Of a DNA stretch of 64,000 nt, positions 8,820-16,348 are shown one piece after another. The position numbers and the translations under genes are program-made. How positions within the stretch are numbered: the stretch's first letter is position 1; each line of letters starts with the position of its first letter. The DNA is taken from positions 1 to 64,000 of IMG/VR virus record IMGVR_UViG_3300046820_002290; one strand, written 5' to 3'. The notes under the pieces were generated by a model, which searched no databases, was not told the origin of the DNA, and was given only the letters and a program-made list of their open reading frames with translations. This stretch comes from a virus.

Positions 8820-9235
8820 TACGATTCAGAGTTGACAACAGCGGCAAAGGTTTAACACCTTTGAACTTAAACTGGTGGACACCCACTCGAAAAGAGTGGG
8901 TCCCGGTTTTAAGGGAAGATCATCCTCAATTTTGGCGTCAACAGGTAGACCCCACTTATCAGAGACCTTGGGCTCAATTGACCCCTAGGTATGCTATCTG
9001 GAAAGGTAAAAATTACCCGGGGCAACCCATTCTTCGAGCCACAGGCAAAATGCAAGATTCGGCTCAAATTTTCTACCGTCAAGGCCAATTTTTAGTGCGG
9101 TCTACCCCTTACGGGAAGTATCATCAGTTTGGTACCTCTAAAATGGTTGCCCGACCATGGATGGGAGTCCCCGATATTTCCTTGAAACAAATTGTCCCAA
9201 TTTCTTGGCGAAACATCCTATCTCGTAAACGCTAA
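8816..9235 (+). CDS. phage virion morphogenesis protein (Mu gpG / P2 S-like)
   Basis: WAQLTP, ILRATGKMQDS, YGKYHQFGTSKMVARPWMG. Confidence 0.8.
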   Translation: MIRFRVDNSGKGLTPLNLNWWTPTRKEWVPVLREDHPQFWRQQVDPTYQRPWAQLTPRYAIWKGKNYPGQPILRATGKMQDSAQIFYRQGQFLVRSTPYGKYHQFGTSKMVARPWMGVPDISLKQIVPISWRNILSRKR

Positions 9236-9237
9236 TT

Positions 9238-9615
9238 ATGACACGCAACACTTCTACTCGCACATCTAAGCCCGCGCCTGCGAAGTCTGACCTTCAGGTA
9301 ACTCCAGAAGCAGCTAAAATTGAATCTCCTGCACTAACCCCAGGAGAAAAAAACTCGGAACCCGCCAGTATGGAAGTTTCGTCCGAAGAAGTGAAACCTG
9401 AAACTCCCGCCGAAGCCGCCCCTGCGGTGAAAATTCAGACTGACGTTCGTGAGAAACTTGCGAAAAAATCCACGGAGGACAACGTTTTTGTTCCAACCAA
9501 CCCGGCCGCGTTGGAGAAGGCAGCTTCTGCAGTAGCGGAAGAAAAAGGATTTGAGCTTAACCGTGGCACCTCCATCGGTGCCCGCCTTATGGCTCGCGCC
9601 AATAAGAGCATCTGA
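9238..9615 (+). CDS. hypothetical low-complexity protein
   Basis: 125-aa ORF tightly packed in the operon. Confidence 0.65.
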   Translation: MTRNTSTRTSKPAPAKSDLQVTPEAAKIESPALTPGEKNSEPASMEVSSEEVKPETPAEAAPAVKIQTDVREKLAKKSTEDNVFVPTNPAALEKAASAVAEEKGFELNRGTSIGARLMARANKSI

Positions 9616-9995
9616 TGACAGTTTCCGTCCCCTTTCAACAACAGTTTACCTGGCGTAAACTTGGGTACCTTTACTTCACTAACTCTCTGGATTATCGGGA
9701 GGTTTTGGAGCAGAACCCACAATGGAAAGTGACGGAACTGCCTCCTGTCGGAGCTCAAATTCGTTTCGACGCCGCTGCTAACACATCTGGAACTCCTGGG
9801 GGACTCTCCCAGGGTTCTTTTGTGTTTGGCTTACCTGCGGGACAACAACAAGACTCCATTTTCCCTTACGACTCACAAGACTCTTATACGCTCGCCCTCA
9901 ATCGCTACACTTTGCAGGGTGTTATCGACAGAGAAGAAATAAACGGCATCACCTTTGACAGCACTCAAGCCATTACGGGACAGCAAAACGGGTAA
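9615..9995 (+). CDS. baseplate LysM / tail X-like protein
   Basis: TWRKLGYLYF...YREVLEQNP...PVGAQI resembles P2 gpX / LysM. Confidence 0.55.
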   Translation: MTVSVPFQQQFTWRKLGYLYFTNSLDYREVLEQNPQWKVTELPPVGAQIRFDAAANTSGTPGGLSQGSFVFGLPAGQQQDSIFPYDSQDSYTLALNRYTLQGVIDREEINGITFDSTQAITGQQNG

Positions 9996-9997
9996 AA
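9990..9997 (+). promoter_or_regulatory. GGGTAAAA box
   Basis: Supplies the stop of ORF 9615; upstream of the sheath gene. Confidence 0.75.
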
Positions 9998-10008
9998 CCG
10001 CCTTAGTA

Positions 10009-10061
10009 AGCTAGTCCTCTACGGAGACCTAAACGGAGCCCGCCACGCCGGTAGGCTAGCT
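10009..10061 (+). other. structured 5' leader of the sheath mRNA
   Basis: AGCTAG/CTAGCT closing stem, C(UACG)G hairpin, CCTA/TAGG stem. Confidence 0.45.
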
Positions 10062-10088
10062 GAAAAAGATGGCCCATCCTATAATAAC

Positions 10089-13000
10089 ATGGCAACTTTC
10101 TCCCTTGGGACTAGCGGGGTAACACCCGGAGCTCCCGGTGTTTACATCAATGAGCAAGCTGGTCGTGCTGCCAACGCCAATTTGGCCGACTTCAGCACTG
10201 TTTACATGCTTGTGGAAGCCGACGAAGACGTTCCCGTAACTCGGTTCCCATTCAATTCCCCTACAGCAGTCACCTCCCTGAATGACTATAAGGAGCTGAT
10301 TCGCGTGGGCACCTCCACAGTTCCCGAGGGACGCATTCCGCTCCTGAGCTATAACTGTGTAAATGAGTTCTTCCAGAACGCCCAAGTTGGCGACCTGCGC
10401 GTTGTTCGCGTAGGTACCCCCAACCAGATCGTTGAGATTGAGTTTTTCCCTTCTGCCACTAAGCTCAACAGCACTAGCCTGCCTTCCGCCCTCATTGCCG
10501 GAAACGTAGTCTACGTGCAAATGATCCTCAATGGCGTACCCCTCGTGGCTGGAGACGGCTCCACAGGCTACACCGCCAACGGCGAGTGGCTGGGTGTGCC
10601 TGTAACCATCCCCGTGAACTACGTGGCTGGTGACGAGGCTAATAACCGCCGCATCTCTGCCGCTATGGCGTCTGCAGTGGCCGCCGCTATTGAGAGCAAC
10701 CCTGCTATCCGCAGCTCGGTTTACGTTCGTAAGTTCGGGCAGGTCAATGATCTGATTCCCTCCAGCAACAGCGAAAACAGCTACGTGACCATTGCCGCCA
10801 CTACCTTTGGTGGAAATGTGTCAGTGGTAACCGAAGTTCTGCCTGTCGGTAGCAACTTCGTGTTAATGCAAAATGCCTACAATGTTGAGAACATTGTTGG
10901 CGGCTCTGTGGATCTGGAGCGTGTGCCCCAAGACTACACTCAGTGCATTGCCACCGCATTCGACGGTCAGCAAGACCAGGGCTACCTGATCACTCCGACC
11001 GCCTACGCTCAGTTTGATGCTGAAGGTCGTGCCGTCGTAGGTGCTGCCGCAGCTGCCCATTGCGAGAACAACAACTACAAGTGGATGGCCCTGGCTGATC
11101 CAGGCCCCTTCCTTGTGACCGATGTCAACGAATACCAGGACTATGTGCCTCACAAGGCCGCTGCTGACCTGGTAACCGGACTCAAGTATCTGGTGGATAA
11201 CGCCATTTACGAGTGGACCGGTAACGACGTCAGCTACAATAAACTGACCAATCAGACCATCGTCTTTGGCGAGTCTGCCGAAACCGCTGTAAACGAGTCT
11301 GCCAATATTGTGGCCGACGGCGTCCAAGTGGGCCTTCTCGATGCTGGTGAGTACACCATCAATGCTGTACCTACCGCTAACATCGGTGTGTTCCAGCTGA
11401 GCACCAACCAGTATTGGCCCGTCACCCTCCCCATTCAGCAAGTGACCCTTACCGGCGCTGGAGTCGGTAATGACTTTGCTTCCCTGAACGGAACCGAGGT
11501 GTTCGTGGTTGCGCCGCCCTATAACTTGGCGTCTGACTCCGAGTACTCCCTCAACTATGTGTTCCTTGCTACTAACGCAGTAGATGCTTCAAACATTTAC
11601 AATGCGGTAGTTCTTCTGGGTGGCACCGTAAACGTGGTAGCAGCCCCCACCGGTGCATTTACGGTGGCTGCCCCAACTGGTGACACAGCTCTGCTTACCT
11701 ACCAAGACCCTTACTGGGATCTTCCTGTTACAATCAATGGTCAAACTTCCGACCTGATTGAGAACATTTCGGGTGCCAACGCGGGTGTAAATACACTGCA
11801 CCTGCCAGCCACTCTGCAAGATGCCACCGAGAGCTATGTCCTTAACTGGGTGAGCCGCTCTATCTACAACCCCAACACCGCTGGTAACATTACAAGTGCC
11901 CTCAGCATCCCCGGTGTTGCAGACGGTAGCGCTGTGTTCCTGTGCAATACGCACGGTCTGCGCGATGGGCAGAAGATCTTCTTCACTCAGCCGGTTTCTG
12001 TAACAAGTGGCGGTAGCACCTCCAATCTTGTGAGCGCCACTACCAAGCTCGTGTCGCGTCCTTACTGGGTCAAGGCAGTTACGGCGAACACCTTCGTTCT
12101 CGCTAACTCCCTGGCCAACTACACGGTTGGATCGTTCATCACACTGCCGTCTGCTCCCACTTTCAGCACAACCCCTACCATCTTCTATTCGCAAGTTCTG
12201 GGTCGCGGTCTTACCACCGTTTCCCCTATTGAGCTTCTGACTCTGCCGATGGTTCGTGCCCGTAAGTACGAGTTCGACACAAGCGCTATCTTCAACCAAG
12301 CCGCTGATTCCTCGGTTGCTCCCGCTGGTTTTGTTGCCAACACCCCTGGCACTGCCATCTACCTGAATAACTCTGCGGTTATTCTGGGTGAAGACCAGAT
12401 TACCCCCTACGGTGAAGATCTGAGTTCCGCGTCTCTGTGCGGTTGGCTGCCTTCGCTGAACCTGGTGAATCCGACCACCGCACCCGCTGCGGCAATCACT
12501 AACGCCTACTGCGTACCGACCGTAGATCAGTTCTTCCAGCCTGAGGCCTACTTCGTGCCTTCGCTGCAACCGATCCTGGTTGGTGACTACGACGGCGCTG
12601 CCTCTGGCACCATCGGTCCCGTGGCAACTGTTAGCTTCGTTGGCGCAGCTTCTGCTGCTACCCTCGGCACTTACAACAATGTTCCGGTTGTTGGTGGAAC
12701 TGGAACAGGCCTGACTCTGACCATCACCGTTGACGGCACTGGCGCTATCACAGCTGCCAGCGTCAACAACCCTGGCCAAGGATACACCTCTACCGACACC
12801 TTCACCTTTGCGGCTCCCTTCACCGGTAACACTGCTGCTGTAGCAACTTTGGTGGGTCCTGTCGGCAGCATTACCGCTGTGAATGCTGGAGCATACGCCA
12901 CACAACTGGGTATCACCGCAGGTGACACTTCCGCTCAAATGGTTAACGACCAAGCGTTGCTGGCTGGCACTTACTTCACCGTAAGCGCCTCTGGTACTGC

Positions 13001-14030
13001 ACCCGACGGTGTGACACCCGTAACAGCCGGTGGCTTCCTGGGCCTGTCCTACGACGGCTCTAGCTATACATGGGTAGCTGTGGCTCCTCTCGCTAACGGT
13101 GGCGATCTGACCTCGATTGGTCAGCCTTGCTACGGCGGTCAAGTGGAGCTGGTGTTCACCCCTGAGCAAGGAGTGCCCCAGAGACTGTGGCGCTTCGATG
13201 CCATCACCTCAACTGAAATCATCGACAATGCTCTCCGTGGCGTAGGATTCAACGGTGTACCCCAGGCCAAGTTTATCGAAGCAGGTGTTGATAACGTCAA
13301 CCGTCTCTTTGACGACTCTCAGCGTTACGGTAACCCCTTCGGCTTCATTGCCTACTATGGCTCCTACATCGAGAACGGTGCTGGTCAGTTCATTCCCCCG
13401 TCACCCTATGTGACTGGTGTGGCTGTTCGTCGCTACCGTTCCGAGGGCTACCAGTTCCCGCCTGCTGGCGTTAAATATCAGCTTGCGGACGCTGTAGGCG
13501 TGCAGATTCCGATCAACTCTGCTCAGCAAAACCTGCTGAACCCCAAGGGTTGCAACGCCGTTCGCACCCTGCCCGGTTACCCCGCTACCGCTGTGTTCAT
13601 CTGGGGTGGACGCACCCGTCTGCTCAACCCGGATGACGCTCAGCAGAAGCTGTACCAGTTCGTCAACACCCGCGTTATTCTCAACGTAGTGTACGGCTCG
13701 CTGCGTACTGCATTCGACAACCAGATCTTCAACGTGATAGATGGTTTCGGCGTGATCTTCAACCAGATCATCTCGGTAGGCAACAGCGTGCTCAACCAGC
13801 TGTACGTACGTGGCGCACTGTTCGGTGCTCGTCCCAGCAATGCTTTCCAAGTTATCTGCGACAGCCGCATCAACCCGCCTGAAGACATCGAGAACGGTAT
13901 TGTGAACGCTAAGGTGTTCGTAACTCCGGTTCCCACTCTCGAGCGGATCCAAATCGACCTCATCCGGGTTGCCATCGGCAAGATGCAACAAGAGCTCGAT
14001 ATTCAGGGTCTGGGGCAATCTAACCAGTGA
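10089..14030 (+). CDS. tail sheath protein with large insertion
   Basis: N-terminal APGVYINE; C-terminal IPPSPYVTG, PPAG, LNPKGCNAVR, IWGGRT, FVNTR, PVPTLERI. Confidence 0.92.
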   Translation: MATFSLGTSGVTPGAPGVYINEQAGRAANANLADFSTVYMLVEADEDVPVTRFPFNSPTAVTSLNDYKELIRVGTSTVPEGRIPLLSYNCVNEFFQNAQVGDLRVVRVGTPNQIVEIEFFPSATKLNSTSLPSALIAGNVVYVQMILNGVPLVAGDGSTGYTANGEWLGVPVTIPVNYVAGDEANNRRISAAMASAVAAAIESNPAIRSSVYVRKFGQVNDLIPSSNSENSYVTIAATTFGGNVSVVTEVLPVGSNFVLMQNAYNVENIVGGSVDLERVPQDYTQCIATAFDGQQDQGYLITPTAYAQFDAEGRAVVGAAAAAHCENNNYKWMALADPGPFLVTDVNEYQDYVPHKAAADLVTGLKYLVDNAIYEWTGNDVSYNKLTNQTIVFGESAETAVNESANIVADGVQVGLLDAGEYTINAVPTANIGVFQLSTNQYWPVTLPIQQVTLTGAGVGNDFASLNGTEVFVVAPPYNLASDSEYSLNYVFLATNAVDASNIYNAVVLLGGTVNVVAAPTGAFTVAAPTGDTALLTYQDPYWDLPVTINGQTSDLIENISGANAGVNTLHLPATLQDATESYVLNWVSRSIYNPNTAGNITSALSIPGVADGSAVFLCNTHGLRDGQKIFFTQPVSVTSGGSTSNLVSATTKLVSRPYWVKAVTANTFVLANSLANYTVGSFITLPSAPTFSTTPTIFYSQVLGRGLTTVSPIELLTLPMVRARKYEFDTSAIFNQAADSSVAPAGFVANTPGTAIYLNNSAVILGEDQITPYGEDLSSASLCGWLPSLNLVNPTTAPAAAITNAYCVPTVDQFFQPEAYFVPSLQPILVGDYDGAASGTIGPVATVSFVGAASAATLGTYNNVPVVGGTGTGLTLTITVDGTGAITAASVNNPGQGYTSTDTFTFAAPFTGNTAAVATLVGPVGSITAVNAGAYATQLGITAGDTSAQMVNDQALLAGTYFTVSASGTAPDGVTPVTAGGFLGLSYDGSSYTWVAVAPLANGGDLTSIGQPCYGGQVELVFTPEQGVPQRLWRFDAITSTEIIDNALRGVGFNGVPQAKFIEAGVDNVNRLFDDSQRYGNPFGFIAYYGSYIENGAGQFIPPSPYVTGVAVRRYRSEGYQFPPAGVKYQLADAVGVQIPINSAQQNLLNPKGCNAVRTLPGYPATAVFIWGGRTRLLNPDDAQQKLYQFVNTRVILNVVYGSLRTAFDNQIFNVIDGFGVIFNQIISVGNSVLNQLYVRGALFGARPSNAFQVICDSRINPPEDIENGIVNAKVFVTPVPTLERIQIDLIRVAIGKMQQELDIQGLGQSNQ

Positions 14031-14326
14031 TTTTAACAGAGAGTCAAATGTACAGGGACCTAAACCTCCGGCTCCCAGACTCTCTTTTCTTTCACCTGGA
14101 AAGGCAAGCGGAGGAGCAGGGTGTTTCACTCGAAACGTTCTGCTTCTCCCTTCTCTCAGGGGAGAAACAAGAGTCCCTCGCGGATCCAAATTACTACCAA
14201 TCGATGACTTTGGATGCTTTGCGAAAAGAAATCAGAAAAGTCGTCGAAAGTGACCTCCCGAAAGAGGAAGTTAGAAAACGTGTGAATACGATTGAGTTTC
14301 AAATTTCACGGAGATACATCCGATGA
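14027..14326 (+). CDS. ribbon-helix-helix (Arc/CopG/HicB-like) DNA-binding protein
   Basis: LNLRLPDSLFFHLERQAEEQGVSL. Confidence 0.65.
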   Translation: MILTESQMYRDLNLRLPDSLFFHLERQAEEQGVSLETFCFSLLSGEKQESLADPNYYQSMTLDALRKEIRKVVESDLPKEEVRKRVNTIEFQISRRYIR

Positions 14327-14700
14327 GTGACCCAACAATCATGTCCCCTGCGGTCAGGGGTTTGACCTATCCGCTCACGGTTATTAACGGAAACCTGTCC
14401 ACCAGCGAAGATTATGCTACGGTCACTCAACAGATCCGTAGTGTGGTGGAAACTCGCTACTATGAACGGGTAATGCGAGCGGAATACGGCATCGGGGACT
14501 ATGTGCTGGAAATTTTGGACCCCGGTCAAATCAACTCAGCGATTCAATATAGCATTTTGCAGAATGTTGCCGGCCTTAGTGACCTATCTGTAACGGGAGA
14601 CTGGCAAACCGGAGGTGACGACGGCCTCTATCGCATCTTCATACAATATTCGATCAACGGTCAGCCCCAACCCACATTGAATTTTACTTTGGCAAACTAA
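14323..14700 (+). CDS. baseplate wedge protein gp25/GpW-like
   Basis: GLTYPL, QIRSVVETRYYERVMRAEYG. Confidence 0.82.
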   Translation: MSDPTIMSPAVRGLTYPLTVINGNLSTSEDYATVTQQIRSVVETRYYERVMRAEYGIGDYVLEILDPGQINSAIQYSILQNVAGLSDLSVTGDWQTGGDDGLYRIFIQYSINGQPQPTLNFTLAN

Positions 14701-14702
14701 CC

Positions 14703-14710
14703 GGGTAAAA
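14703..14710 (+). promoter_or_regulatory. GGGTAAAA box
   Basis: Motif starts 39 nt before the portal ATG. Confidence 0.78.
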
Positions 14711-14741
14711 CTAACCAACTAAGGTAACGCACGAGACTTGG

Positions 14742-16313
14742 ATGGCGCAACGATTTAAGACAGCACCAGTCCCTTCCGGTGAAGTCGCCCGTTACACGAG
14801 TGACCCCTATAATTTATCGTCTATATACATGTTCGGCAGTTCCTCTCCCTTTACAGGGCAGGGGAACACCATTGTGCGCCCCAATGATGACCTGCTCATT
14901 CAGAAGGGCGGCAACCGAGCACTCGTTGTTTATCAGCGTCTTCTTTACGACGAGCAAGTACAGTCTTGCTTTCGTAAGCTGATGCAGGAAGTTACTTCTC
15001 GTCCTTGGTATGTTCAAGAGTATTCCGACAAACCTGGTGACCTCGCAGTTCGAGATTTTGTAGCAGAAGTTCTAGAAGAAATGCCCCTCGATGATATATA
15101 CACCGGGATGGCAGAAGCTTTAATCGCGGGTTTCTCTGTGGGGGAAATCATGTGGAAGAAGACCAAACGCGGAGTAATACCTTTTGACGTTCGTATGCGC
15201 GACCAACGTCGTTTCGTGTTCCAGGAAGAACAAGATGCAGTCAACGGCTTCACGATGCGTTGCCTTACCTTCAACCGGATGTTTGAAGGCGTGGAATTAC
15301 CGCAACGTAAATTTATTGTTTCCCGGTACTGGGTCTCCCATAACGGTGACCCTTACGGTGCTGCTCTTGGCCGGATTCTGTACCCTCTCGTCAAGTTCCG
15401 GCGTCGAGCAATCGAATCTTACGTCCTCTACGGCGACCGCTACGCGACGCCGACAGCTGTTGCAAAAGCACCGCTATCTGCAAGCACCCGAGAATTGGAT
15501 ACGCTCTATGGTCATCTTTCCAATCTCTCCCAAGAAACTGCAATGATTTTGCCTGAGGGATACGAACTTGAGTTTGTTGTTCCCTCAGGTTCTCCCGAAG
15601 TTTTCAAGAATTTAATCGAGTATATTGACAAAGAAATTTCTTTGGTTCTTTGTGGAGAAGATGAAGCAGGACAAGCTGAAGCTGGTTCCCGAGCATCTTC
15701 CCAGGTTGCCAACACGATTCGCGTAGTACGTGCGAGCGAAATTTCTGAGATGCTGTCTCAGACGTTGACGCAGACACTCGTTCGCTGGATTGTTGATCTT
15801 AACTTTGGTGTGGATGTAGCAGCACCTGTTCTTACACGCGAGTTCCGGATTGAGGAATCCCCCCTCTCAATGCCTGACGTCTCTCTTCTGATTCAATCCG
15901 GTTACACTCCCCGTAAAGAGTGGATTGAGCGTCATTTTCGAGTGGAGCTGGAACAAAAATCAGAAAACCAAAACGAGGAGCAAGGGGCCACATTCAATCC
16001 AGAAGAAGACAAAGACCTTTTTGGTAATATATTCGGAGGTTCAGGTGAACAACCTTCTCCCGAGCAGGAACAAGCAGCTCAAGGGGACCTAGAGGAAGCG
16101 GCTAACGTAATGGATGAGGAACCTGGGGCTGTACCAGAAGAAAGTCAAACTGATACTATTCCAACTGATTCCGGTCAACTTACGGAAGAACAACTATACG
16201 AGCTTCTAGGGATCGATCCTTCCTCACTCGAGCCAGAAGGGCAAGAACCTAATAAGCCCTTCGGTAATCAAATAATCACCGAAGACGAAGCGGTAGAGAT
16301 GGATAGAAAGTAG
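14742..16313 (+). CDS. portal protein, Mu gp29 / DUF935 family
   Basis: ALIAGFSVGEIMW, DPYGAALGR, YIDKEISLVLCG, GSRA; acidic C-terminal tail. Confidence 0.88.
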   Translation: MAQRFKTAPVPSGEVARYTSDPYNLSSIYMFGSSSPFTGQGNTIVRPNDDLLIQKGGNRALVVYQRLLYDEQVQSCFRKLMQEVTSRPWYVQEYSDKPGDLAVRDFVAEVLEEMPLDDIYTGMAEALIAGFSVGEIMWKKTKRGVIPFDVRMRDQRRFVFQEEQDAVNGFTMRCLTFNRMFEGVELPQRKFIVSRYWVSHNGDPYGAALGRILYPLVKFRRRAIESYVLYGDRYATPTAVAKAPLSASTRELDTLYGHLSNLSQETAMILPEGYELEFVVPSGSPEVFKNLIEYIDKEISLVLCGEDEAGQAEAGSRASSQVANTIRVVRASEISEMLSQTLTQTLVRWIVDLNFGVDVAAPVLTREFRIEESPLSMPDVSLLIQSGYTPRKEWIERHFRVELEQKSENQNEEQGATFNPEEDKDLFGNIFGGSGEQPSPEQEQAAQGDLEEAANVMDEEPGAVPEESQTDTIPTDSGQLTEEQLYELLGIDPSSLEPEGQEPNKPFGNQIITEDEAVEMDRK

Positions 16314-16320
16314 GGTAAAA
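16313..16320 (+). promoter_or_regulatory. GGGTAAAA box
   Basis: Motif starts 36 nt before GTG 16349. Confidence 0.78.
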
Positions 16321-16348
16321 CCACACCAATGGGTCACTAATAAACACG

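Noticed and set aside
10009-10061. Cobalamin or other known riboswitch in the sheath leader (GCCCGCCAC resemblance)
   Set aside because: Too short and lacks the other conserved elements; kept only as an unknown structure
10080-10085. TATAAT just before the sheath ATG
   Set aside because: Only 3 nt from the start codon and no TTTAC element upstream; likely an AU-rich translation enhancer
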